DNA of 64,000 nt from Paecilomyces variotii (taxonomy: Eukaryota), in the NCBI GenBank assembly GCA_004022145.1, contig RCNU01000011.1; one strand, 5' to 3'. Under the pieces are notes generated by a model, which searched no databases, was not told where the DNA came from, and was given only the letters and a program-made list of their open reading frames with translations. Shown here piece by piece: positions 52,995-64,000 of the stretch. A program made the position numbers and the translations under genes. The stretch's first letter is position 1, and every line of letters begins with the position of its first letter.

Positions 52995-53841
52995 TGTGCT
53001 CTCTGCGCCTCAAAGCGCCGGCGGAATCTTTAGTGGAGCGTAGCTGGAGAGCTGTCCGTAAACAGCATAGGAAGGTTGTCTGGGGACGAGGGCCTCTTCT
53101 GTAGTGTGGCAACCCGGCGCAGTCTGCGCTGACCAAGTCTTCTAGATAGGTCGCGTGGAAACAGACTGTCGATGGATCAAACGAGAGCAGACTCCGCTGC
53201 TGTCACGACGCTCTTGGAGCTCCCATCAACATGACTTTCTGAGCCCAAAACTGCCTCTCTCGACACGCCGACGCGCCGGCAGAGCACGTGGTCGTCATGT
53301 GACCCCACGTGACTTGCGCCCAGCGAGTCACATGATAGCGCTGTGGTTGTGATTTCTGAGAACTTGAACTTGAGATACCCGATTGTCTATATGTCAATAA
53401 CCTTGGCAGAACGATCAAACCAACGGTTGATCCATTATCTATTGATCCAATATTACATGTCTGTCTCACTAAGCAGCTATCTCATTGTAACTAACGCATC
53501 TTGGACTATTAGTTCTGCTACGCAGGTTGAAAACAGATCCTCCTAGCTGATGGTTCCATTGACTTTTAAGTTTCTCAGGAAACTACTTACGTGCGTGAAA
53601 ATAATCTAAGTTCTCAATGCTTTGCTTCCAGATGTATATGGATCTAAGATAGTATTTCGCACCTAAGGAGGAAGTTAAACTGCGTGGCTCTCGACTGTGG
53701 CGGAGCCGCGACAAAAAAAACCGGTATGGTACAGTGGAGTTGCAGTTAGGCTCCTTTATTATGTACCTACAACACGATCGTCCGCCATATCTTCTCGTCA
53801 CGCAAGTTCCAACCGAAAAAAAAGGCTATATCTGATATCTG

Positions 53842-55167
53842 ATGTCCACCAGACGAACTCATCGGAAGTCACGTCATGGCTGCCTTCAGTGTAAACGCAG
53901 ACGAGTGAAGGTATGCTGTTCTCTTTTTCTTCTTCTCTCTCTCTGTTGCGGGCGCGGAAAAAGCTATATTCCACTATAAATCTTCTTCTAGCGGTCTACT
54001 CAAGGAATATTAGTCCGAATACTTACATCCAACAATTAGTGCGATGAGCAGCGTCCACAATGCATGAATTGCGTTAAACGCCACACAGAATGTGAATACG
54101 GCGCAGCCACTCCGATTCTCTGGAGAAATGGCGATTCTAGTCAGAGTCTGGAGTCTCCCCAGTCTGGGACGACTGGGGAGGCCGGCATAAATGTAGGATA
54201 TGAAGCGACGAGCGACACTACTTTCGAGTTCTTTGGGCGGCTCAACAATGAGGACGCGACAGCGACTCCTGACCTCAACATGGTTGACCTGGAATTAATG
54301 ATGCACTGGTGCAGTTTAGCATACCGCAGTCTGACACGAGATGAACAAAGCGATTACCTATGGCAGAAGGCCATCCCAAGAGAAGCCCTATCTCACCCAT
54401 TCTTGATGCGTGGCATACTAGCAATGTCAGCGCTCCATCTGGCCGTGTCCAGCAGCGGCCCCCAGAAAGCCGCATACATCAGTACAGCAGTCGCACAGCA
54501 AGATCAGGGTTTGGCTCTTTTTCGGGAAATGCTGGGAGATATAAACCCCTCGAACGGCAAGGCAATGTTCGCGTTCTCGAGTTTGGTGGTCGGTTTTGCG
54601 TTTGCGTTTCCAATCACTCCAGACTCCTCGGATCCGTTATCACTTATAGACGATCTCTATCGCATTATCATCTTGTGTCGCGGTATGCAGGAGATCTTGA
54701 GCACTTCTCATAGCTGGTTGGAGCGGGATAAGGACATTGGTCCCACTTTGAAAGGACTAGACGAAGATATCGATCCCTCAGAGGACGTGAAATCGATGTT
54801 GAAGAGCCTGCATTATGCCAATGAGCAGAATGCTTCCAGGGGAGCTGGCTACGATTTTGAAGCTTATAAAGAAGTCATTGACCGAACCGGTGTTGCATTG
54901 GACCTAGCGCGATATGAATCAGGGCGACTTACTATTGCGGCTTGGTGGCCTATCAAACTTCGCTCGGAATACATTGATGATCTCCGTGAACATAAAGGAT
55001 TTTCTCTCACTATCCTTGCTTATTATTGCTTGGCCCTGCACCGTTTGAGAGGGAACTGGTTGGTACAAGACTGGGGGGCCAGAGTCCTGAAGGTCATTTA
55101 TGATTCTCTCGATGCCGACCTCCGACCTCTCCTCAATCGAGCCATGGAAGAAGTCTTTGACTGCTAA
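53842..55167 (+). CDS. Upc2/Ecm22-like Zn2Cys6 transcription factor
   Basis: RRTHRKSRHGCLQCKRRRVK|CDEQRPQCMNCVKRHTECEY. C-terminal DLELMMHW, HPFLMRGILAMSALHL, AAWWP and ILAYY...W segments are typical of the Upc2-type domain. Confidence 0.85.
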
Positions 55168-55446
55168 CTTTCTGGTCAAATATATTGACACGGAAATACA
55201 TTGGTTTGTTGGCATTGCTCTTCAGAGGCAGATACAGGAAATCTCCGACAAAGGGAGATTAAATAATACAGCCTCCGTATATGTCTATATGGCGCAACCA
55301 TTAAAGCTATGTTACAAACTGTCCAGCTTTCGGTCTGAGGAACCAGGACGGGAATATCTTGGCGATACATAGCGAAGACGGGGATAAACAAGGAAGGTTT
55401 CCTCTTCAGGTCTACCGATACAACTTATGAACAACACGCCAAAAAT

Positions 55447-56427
55447 CTAAACAAACACCGTCGCCTCCGTGATCGAAAACCCTCCCTTGGCAATCATAAC
55501 TCTCCCCCTGCCCAGGAGACAATTAATCTCGCTCGGGTGGATGACTGCGAAAGTTAGCATCACCAGGAACATGAGAACGGCGTCAAAGACGTATAAGTAA
55601 ACCTCCGTTCGCAAGAGAGCACCGTCGTTGCCTTCTGCGTATTCGGCAACACGAAATACGGATCGGATTAGAATTAATACGCTTGCCGCGTATAGCGCAT
55701 TCATATGCTTGCGCCATGGGATGTATCCCGCTTCCGACTGTTCTGTTGGTGTCTTCGATAGGCGACGTTGGAACGTCAAGGCACTGCAGACAAAAAAGCA
55801 GAAGAAGATTATTTGCACAAAGAGACCGCCCAGAATGACTCCATTCCCTGTGCCTTGGTTTCCTTGAACTAAAATTCCGGCACCTATTGTTCAAGTTTCG
55901 TTAAATCACGAGCCTCACCATTGGCAACAAGTGGAGGATGCTTATGAAACTTACCTGACGCCTGCATCAGGAATGATAATACATCACCCGACACGAAGAT
56001 CTTTGTGAGCCAACTCACACGTATCAAGGAGTGCCTCTCTCCCCCGACTAGGACTATTATCCGCCCCAATTCCATGTATATACTCGCGGAGAAAAGAGCC
56101 GGTGCGATCAGCAAGAGCGTACTCTGTGTTACGTACGGACCGAGAGTCCAGTTTGGAGACTGCTGTGAGGAAATGGCTCTACCGATATATCCGATACTCT
56201 CGACTGAAGGAAAAATATCATTAGCTCAAGTCTTTAGAGCGTAAGCATTTAAGCTACTCACAGTAACCACCGATGACAAACGGTATGAAGAACCAGGTAC
56301 GAGTCCGGAATAAATAAAACGTATGAAGCAGCGTCGCAGAGAGGAAGAGGATGACAAAAATCACGGCCGCCGCTATGGACGGATTGTACTGATAGGCTTT
56401 CCAACTTCCATAATCGCTACCTGCCAT
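55447..56427 (-). CDS. RTA1-family 7-TM lipid-translocating exporter
   Basis: YQYNPSIAAA, LIAPALFSASIYMELGRII, TKIFVSGDVLSFLMQASG, LIRSVFRVAEY and YVFDAVLM. Two introns. Confidence 0.92.
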
Positions 56428-56621
56428 CTTGACGAATTGATGCTATAACGGATCTTGATGCTCGATATATGAATGGTCGCCGCTGCTCGGGGAAGAACTC
56501 TTTCACAGGAGCAGTTTCGCAATAGAGTAAAAAAAAAAAAAAGGAAAACGAACGAATGTTATAATAAACAAATGAAGAGCCCTTTTAGTTGCCTCCGAGA
56601 TGAAAATAGGTGTCTTTACTC

Positions 56622-57007
56622 TCGTCTATCCCTCTCCTACACCAGCCATGAGATCTTACTTCTCGTATATTAGGTACGTATTCGTACATTATACCATATC
56701 CAGTATAGCGCAAACGAAACATATCAACGCCAAGTCTTAAAAGTTGTCTGCCTAAGATAGAATAAATCCACTCGACTCCACTATTTGCTTTTATTTATAG
56801 CTAACATTGGCGTCGATCGTCCCTTTTACGCAGCAATTTTATTTTATCCGGTGAACCGATACCGAAGAAGGGATACAATACGAGCTTCGTATTCGTAGCT
56901 ACCTATGTATTCGCTCGGGTAGTTAGTGGACGGATTACTGGTATGTTATCTCAGGTAAGCTGCTAACCATGCTTGCTACCAGGTAAGTAACTACCATAGT
57001 TATACGA
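56622..57007. promoter_or_regulatory. Cluster of TCGTA(TA) sterol-regulatory-element-like sites in the RTA1 promoter
   Basis: TCGTATA at 56663, TATACGA at 57001, inverted pair AATACGA-gct-TCGTATT at 56877-56893, TCGTACA at 56682, TCGTCTA at 56622. Confidence 0.55.
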
Positions 57008-57063
57008 TTTCTTCCTTTTGTTGGATCTACCTTCCAATGTATCCACTGCTTTTGTGACACCAT

Positions 57064-57455
57064 TCAAGCCACTCCGGCTATCTTCTTCAACTCTCTGACA
57101 ACGTCTTTATCACTTGGCCGGCTCGTGCCCATAGAGAACCTCGCAACCACATCTCTGTTGTGTCGCTGGACATAAACAACATATTGAGGAGGGGAGTCCG
57201 ACGTTTCCATTGTCCGGATTTGAAATACGCCTCCGGTACTGGATTTCTTATCTCCGTGAGCTTTTCTTCGCACCCCTGTTCGGCCCCAATAAAACCTGAT
57301 GCCGTCTTCTGGGATATTTTCAATGTATTCCTCTAAGGTAGGTTCGTCTTTGGGTTTAATTTTCTTAGCTTTCCCTCTCGCCTGTGAGACATACGTTAGC
57401 GACTGCTGTTTACGAAGACAATTTAGAGGGAAGCAGAAAGATATAGAAATACCAT
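57064..57455 (-). CDS. Orphan basic protein (~106 aa) with an ATG-only first exon
   Basis: ATG at 57455-57453, intron GTATTT...GCTAAC...CACAG at 57452-57382, then an open 318-nt exon ARGKAKKIKPKDEPTLEEYIENIPEDGIRFYWGR...KKIAGVA*. Confidence 0.6.
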
Positions 57456-58263
57456 CTTGATCAGTTCTTTGCGTCGTCGTATCAAGCTAATCTCAAGAGA
57501 TACTTTGTTATGCGTGGTCATTTCTGTGATGTGTGACTGTGTCCAGCAGGTCTAATATTTCAATGATTGAGTCAAACTTCGAATGCTATAGGATTCACAA
57601 GTAGAATGGATATCACATGTTGTTTAATCTGGTGTGTGAGGATGGAAAGACGCTTATTTTCGATCTTGGGGCAACTGAGATGACTCTTACTCTGTTAATT
57701 ATACTAATTGTTTGTTTTCCTTTTTTCCCTTTATTGGGAAACTGCTCCTATAAAAGAATTCTTCTCTGAGCAGTAACAATTATTTAAAAATATATCGAAT
57801 ATTAAGCCCCGTTATAGTATTAAATCGTCAAGATGGCAGGTAGCAATTATAGAAGTTGAAAGGCCTATTAGTATAACCCGTCCATGGCGGCAGCCATAAT
57901 TATAGTCCTCTTCCTTTCTGCGACGTTGCTTACTACGTTAGAGACCCAGTTCTTGCTAGCTCGAAAAGCGCCCTGATTACTACATTCAAAAAGGAGTTGT
58001 TTAGTCATATTCCCAGAAATAAAAGCAGGTCAAAATAATAATGTCCATAATCCACTTAATAAGCGTCTTTTCCATTACTTGCAGTTAACTTATATCAATT
58101 TGCGTGAAAGTTGACCCTTCCAGAACAGTCACTACGGGTAGGTACCTAATTCAGCAATTGAAGGAACTTGTTACTTCACTGCAGTCCATAAGGTAAACTG
58201 TTGAGTGACTATTAAATTAGATCTAGTTAACTATGTAGTTGATAAAGGAAGCGGTGACTACCA

Positions 58264-58357
58264 GGTAGGTACCTACCGACTAGAGGCTGGGTGAATCCTA
58301 TTTCCTTAACAAACAAATAGGGATACAACAAACAAATAGGGATATTCCTATTTGTTT
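58264..58357. repeat. 14-bp palindrome plus 18-bp tandem duplication and hairpin
   Basis: GGTAGGTACCTACC at 58264-58277. AACAAACAAATAGGGATA twice (58308-58325, 58327-58344). AAACAAATAGG pairs with CCTATTTGTTT. Confidence 0.8.
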
Positions 58358-58787
58358 ACCAACTTGAATTTGTTTGCTGCGGGAATAGATACCCTATATC
58401 ACATGATGTCCTGTCCCAGTGTATAGGTACGGCCAGCAGGAGCCACCGAAGGGGGCACAGTCACCTATAACAGTTAAATACTAACTACTGTAAGCTACCT
58501 GTCATTCGATAACTACCTCCTCCTAGGTAACAAACACATCACCGCCCCAACTTTTGGCGCATACACGACTTTACAAGGGCGAGGGATTTCTTATCGTCGC
58601 CAGGAGACAAGCATACGATTTGCTCCTTTTCTTGGATGGATCTACCCTCTAATATATCCACTCTGATCTATCCATCTCTCACTGTGTCATCCCCGTCGTA
58701 CGTGGAGACCGGCCACGACAGTCGTTCTGCCTACACTGATTGAGTCTCCAGTCTCGACAAAGAACAAGAAAGCTCCAAAATATCAAA

Positions 58788-59858
58788 ATGGAACATAGAG
58801 AGCTGAAGTGAGTGACTCTATATGTATTTGTCAACTACATGTTAATAGATAACAGATGTCCCTATATTCAGGGCAGCAAAATCACGTTTCAACTAACGAC
58901 ATCGTCCTCAACCGAACCCCGGTTTATAACAGGCACAATTGTCGAACTTTTCAAATTCACGCTCTCATGTGTAATGGCTATTATGCCAGATGATCCATAT
59001 CTAAAGGAGCGAGTGATTTTGAAGCTGTACGATCGGCGTTTCGCAACTGAACTGCGCGAAGATCAGCGAATTCAGCCTTGGACTCTGGAAATTGAGCAGG
59101 AATACCAGCAATTTATCCAGGACGGCAGAGCGTCAGACTTTATTAGAAGTTTACACACTGAGGACGACGAGGACGAAGAAGAAGAAGAAGAAGAAGAAGA
59201 AGAAGAAGAAGAAGAAGAAGAAGAAGAAGAAGAAGAAGAAGAAGAAGAAGAAGAAGAAGAAGAAGAAGAAGAAGAACCATGGAATGCCGCTCAAGATGAA
59301 GCATATCTCTTTGACTATATGCAGCGGCTCTATGAAGCGGAATATGAAGTGTACCAAAAGCTGGAAGATATTCAAGGAAGAGATATTCCACGCTTTCTTG
59401 GGCGTGTTACAATTCCAGGGAACGATTCGCAGAGCGCTACAGTTAGCGAGTATGTTGACTGCCCTGGGATCCTTTTACAATATATCGAAGGAGTCCCTCT
59501 GAGTGATCTTGCCTCATTTGCGCCAAAAGAGGCATGGCAAGAGATCTGCGAAGATGCCATTCGTATTGTGAACCTGCTTGGGGATCGCGGCATACTTAAC
59601 GAGGATGTCAAACCATGGAACTTTATTGTACGCAAAGAATCGGCTGTCGATTATAAAGTCTTCATGATTGACTTTGCGTTATGCAACTTCCGCGAGGAGT
59701 ATGAAGATGAAGAAGACTGGTTGAAATCGAAGGCACTGGAAGATGAAGAAGGTGCAGTAGGGTGTGTCATGGAGTCGCGCTTGGAAGGGGGTTTTGTGTA
59801 TCGTCGATCTGCCAGAATTATGGAATTGGACGAGAGATTCCTGTCGCAGTTGCTATGA
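58788..59858 (+). CDS. Fungal protein-kinase-like protein with poly-Glu insert
   Basis: Exon 1 at 58788-58807, intron to 58855. ILKLYDRRF, EYEVYQKL, IPRFLG, GILLQYIEG, ILNEDVKPWNF and MIDFA map onto kinase subdomains. Confidence 0.8.
59175..59276 (+). repeat. Perfect (GAA)34 coding trinucleotide repeat
   Basis: 102 nt of uninterrupted GAA, in frame as Glu. Confidence 0.95.
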
Positions 59859-59988
59859 CTGGTTTATACGTCAAACAGTCTGGACACTATGAGGAGAGAG
59901 AACATATGCGAAGTCATGCCACAAATATGTTCCGACATCGACCTCCCACTAGCCCTGGTTCAAATCTATTCTATACGGATATTCCATT

Positions 59989-61091
59989 TCAACGAAAACT
60001 CCTCTCCACTGCCTCACACGCCAATGTGATCGCCTTCTTTCCTGCCTCCAGCACCGCATCCATTGCCAGAAACGGATGCGGCATACCCTGCATAACATGC
60101 AGCTCGACGGGCACGTCTGCCTTCTTCAACTTCTCCGCATACTGTTCCCCCTCCGCCCTCAATACATCCAATTCTCCCACAATCACCGTCGCGGGAGGTA
60201 ACTTTGACCAATCATCTTCGTAAAGCAACGGACTTGCTTCTGGGTTACACCAATCCGCTTCGTTGGGGAGGTAATTTTTCCTGTACCACATCATCTTCGG
60301 CGCCGGAAGGGCTGGGGTATGTTGGAATTCGTTCCAGGACCAGTTATTGGCGATTGTCGCCGTGTTGTCTGTGACAGGGACAACGAGGACTTGAGTCTGG
60401 AATTTAATGGAGAGCTCAGGTCGAGAAAGGGACTTGTGTGTCATTATCGCTGCGAGGTTTCCGCCTGCGGAGGAACCGCCGGTGGAGAGTTTGCTGGTGT
60501 TGATTGATAGACGTGAGGCGGTTTCGGGAGAGATGAGCCAGAGGAGGGCTTCCCAGCAATCATGGACAGCGGCAGGGAAAGGATCTTCGGGGGCGAGTCT
60601 GGTTTGTAGTCAGTCAATTTCATTTCAATAATCTAGAACATATGTATGATTGATAAGTGCTATCGGAAGACGAACCTGTAGTCAACAGTGACGACGACAC
60701 ATTTCGCTCTCACGCAGATATTACTACAGACTGTATTTTCGGTATCGATATTCCCTAGCACCCAGCCACCTCCGTGAAAATATAAGAAGACAGGCCAGCC
60801 TCCCTCGGGCCTCGTTCCTTCTGGTGTGAACACTCGGACTGAAACATCAGGACCTTCCGTCTCTTGTCGCTTGATATTGATATCTTCGGTCTTTCCGACT
60901 TCGAGGACTGGACCTCCCCCCGGGATGAGGATTCCGCTCGTTCTGGATGCAGAAACAGGCTGCAAGTGGACTTGTTGCTGGTTGATGATGTATTTACTGT
61001 AGAAAGCGACGTATTCTGGGTGTAGTCTATCGCGGACAGACTCGTGCAGTGGGTATGGAGGTTGTGGTGCGGGATCCGCAGAGATAGACAT
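59989..61091 (-). CDS. Alpha/beta hydrolase, HSL/GDXG-type esterase
   Basis: YFHGGGWVLG, VDYR|LAPE, nucleophile GGSSAGGNLA, GELDVLRAEG and MPHPF. One intron. Confidence 0.92.
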
Positions 61092-61729
61092 GGTGGTTTA
61101 ATTCAACTTATACGTATATATGTATGATCTTTGCAGTATACTACGGGACATATGGTGATAAGGTCTATTTATCAATTCCTGCCCGGATTATTGTCCGATA
61201 AACAACTCTAAGTAAGAGGGGGGAAACGAAGCATACCTTGTGAGCCATGGCCCCCGAATAGCAGCTTTTAGTATTATTATCCATGACAACCTGCATGAGA
61301 CTCATCTGATCTGATCAGCCTCGTCCGATACGCATTGTCCGATCGGTTGCTTAGTCCCACTTACTGCGCGGGATGGTCTGGTCGATGCGGGGTTGTTTGA
61401 GATAACCCGGCTGGATGTAGCAACTCCGTTACATCCTCAACAATCAGCATCGACTACCAAGGAACTACTACAGGAACGCTATCCGCTTAAGGGAATAGGC
61501 TGATAAGCAGTGTCATTGCGGCACGGCATGCCAAACTCTGGTCAAGACGATGGTACCTGGCGCTCAGTAATTGGCTTGAGATCGGTTCGGCCGACGCGGC
61601 GAGAACTAGATAAGCAGACATAAATGGCAGTAAAGCAGCTGACAGAAGACAAGGTAAATCCTGGATCAACCTTTGCTTTTTCTCATCTTGCATTGAAGTA
61701 TTGCCCGCATAAGGAAAACAGAAATAAAT

Positions 61730-62239
61730 ATGTCTGCCAAAACTGCCGTCTTGACCGATAAGGCACCCAAACCTTTACCGGGCATTTACTCTCAGGCAAT
61801 CATCGCCAATGGTGTTGTGTACTGCTCTGGTGCTGTCGCACTTGACCCCGCTACAGGAAAGCTGATCGAGGGAGATATTAAGGCTCACACTGTGAGTCCA
61901 AATCTCTTCGCTTGTTGAGCTCAGTGGATCGATGCCGACTGACATTCTTTTTAAGCACCAATGCATCAAGAACCTCACACATGTTCTGGAAGCCGCCGGT
62001 ACAAACATCGACAAGGTTGTGAAGGTCAACGTCTTCTTGGCGAATATGGACGATTTTGCTGAGATGAACTCGGTCTACACGCAATACTGGGGTGATGTCA
62101 AGCCCTGCCGAACGTATGTCGCCATTCTGGCAACACTTAAGACTTTGAAACTTTGTACTGACAGGTTTCTAGATGTGTTGCCGTTAAGACTCTTCCACTC
62201 AACACTGATGTGGAGATCGAGTGTGTGGCAGTTCTATAG
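61730..62239 (+). CDS. RidA/YjgF/Hmf1-Mmf1 family enamine/imine deaminase
   Basis: IYSQAI, SGAVALDP, VVKVNVFLANMDDFAEMNSVY, PCRT|CVAVKTLPLNTDVEIEC. Two introns. No mitochondrial presequence. Confidence 0.92.
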
Positions 62240-62328
62240 AATGGTGGACCAATAAAGGAACAGCTCGCAAATGTAGACGACCTTGCATGGTCTATACGAC
62301 ATACAGATAGTGAAAATTGAGAAAATAC

Positions 62329-64000
62329 TCACGCTTCCTTTTCAATAAGCTTGCCAAGTGTTCCATGAGCTTCCCGTAGTAGTTCCCATCGGCATCCTTC
62401 TAGACTGGCCTGGACGGCTCGTATCAGCTCTCGGGTCTGCCATGTCACCTTCCTAATCTCGTCCGAATTATCACGAAGAAGCATAATCATATGGACCAGA
62501 TACTCTTCTGCGCTGCATGATGATCGCCTCTTCTGCCATAATCCCCTGTCGTGTACCATAAATCCATACACCCAAAGAACTAGCGTGGCTTGGTACAAAG
62601 ACCACGGACGCAAAGGGATGTTATCTGTCCTGGCACGGTATTGTTGTCCTGTAAACATGAGTTCTTGAATGAGTAGCAGGCAGTGATAAATAGCCTTCTT
62701 TGACTCCTGCTTCAGGCTCCAGGACAGTAGGCGCCCAATCGCTTGAAACCGTTCGCTGTCCGACAGCAGACTGCCTGATAGTGATGGGGCCCCTGCTAGG
62801 ATGTGAATGTCTGCCATATTGGTGAAAATAGCCACGTAAGCCATGTGATACAACGGTTTCGACGCTTCGAGGGCTAAGGACGAGCTCCGGGAGACAAGCG
62901 AGAACGACCAAGTGTCCAGTGCTTTCTTTAAAGTATCTTTCCGTGTGTCAATGGGGCCCAGGCGGGCCGAACTCTCCAACGAGTGTTGCCCGACTCCTAG
63001 CGCAGCCAACTCCCTGGCCTTGAGGTGATCTGCTACGCTGAACAATCCATGTAAGAGGATCAGCCGTGCATAAGGGCTGCAGTTGCTATGGATCGGGGTG
63101 CCTCCCAAGAGTCCCTTCAGAACCGGAAGGAAACCAGGTGATTTTGGCGTCTTCTGCATGGCCCGATGCCATTCCTGGGCACTTTTACACTCCCAGAGGC
63201 TATCTGCACAAGGCAATAGCAGCTGCACGTCGTGGACAGATAAGACGCAACTGCGTCCAAACATAAAGCTATGCTGTGCATCCATGACAAAACCAAAGAA
63301 TGCAGTCCTGTACGAAGATTGTGCTTCAATCCACCAATGCCACGATTGTTCCTGGGTGGTAATATCGCCACTACAAGACCGAGTCTGCAATGGCGAGTAT
63401 GTCACTCCTTGCTTCATAAGCTGATAACAGGTCAGTTTTTAAATGAATTGCGATAGGAACAGTTCGTTACCGTGATTAGAGCTCCGTGGAATACATGAGA
63501 AAGTTGATGGTGTTTCCTTGTCGAAAACATCATCTCATGTGTTTGGATTAGGAGCAGCGTCTGAAGACACCAGAGCGATGCAGGGGGTCCAAAATCTCGA
63601 GTCTGGAAGTGACAATCAGCAATACCGAGCTGCAGGGATATGATTATATGATACACACGTTAAAGACCATGTAGCGTAAAGAGTCATGGATATTTATCGA
63701 CGTTCGAAAATGCTCGTCATCATCTGATAAGGTCGAGCCCAAAGTTACAATGGCCGCAATCAGCAAAGGAGGTGCGGTCGCCGGATCCAAGGTAGACGGA
63801 TGTAGTATAGGAAAATGCGGATGATAGTTGAGAAAATAAAGGTCGTAGAAATGACATAGATTTAGTGGGTAGAAAAAAGACGATGTCAGGATATCTGGAG
63901 TCAGAGTGTTCAACGCCACTAGAAGATTTTTTCGTACGGTGATCCATGACGACGATGTTGAAGAGTTAGGTGAGGCTGGTAAGTCAACGTGAGGAGGTTG
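62329..64000 (-). CDS. Fungal-specific transcription factor domain protein (probably C2H2 type), 5' end outside the window
   Basis: YFLNYHPHFPILHPSTL, LLIAAIVTLG, LQTLLL, WHWWIEAQSSYRTAFFGFVMDAQH and LPCADSLWE. The frame is open to the window edge. Confidence 0.82.

Noticed and set aside
58308-58344. Direct repeats as a CRISPR-like array
   Set aside because: Only two adjacent copies with no spacer, in a eukaryotic genome.
59092-59502. Poly-Lys, poly-Leu and poly-Phe ORFs
   Set aside because: Alternative-frame readings of the (GAA)34 repeat.

Overview
This is eukaryotic DNA from a filamentous ascomycete, most likely Eurotiales. The evidence is GT-AG introns with CTRAC-like branch points, Zn2Cys6 factors, an esdC-like gene, TOM6 and RPB2. 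About 25 protein-coding genes can be modelled. Core genes: mitochondrial RNB exoribonuclease, TOM6, CTNNBL1, RPB2, NUP85. Iron-related pair: a DOMON/cytochrome b561 protein and a CCC1/VIT1 transporter whose promoter has two CCAAT-N12-RWT sites. Metabolic genes: LaeA-like methyltransferase, FAD monooxygenase, P450, esterase, RidA. There are four transcription factors and two small accessory islands carrying kinase-like genes. The most notable signals are: (1) a 64-aa Cys/His microprotein gene behind about 5 kb of non-coding DNA, next to a minimal Zn2Cys6 gene and esdC, which has a ~990-nt ATG-free upstream region; (2) a Upc2-like regulator beside an RTA1 gene whose promoter is dense in TCGTA(TA) sterol-element-like sites; (3) a hidden spliced orphan gene divergent from a kinase-like gene with a (GAA)34 poly-Glu insert. 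No rRNA, tRNA, CRISPR array or intact transposon was recognised. Exon boundaries were read by eye, and family assignments rest on recalled motifs, not database searches.
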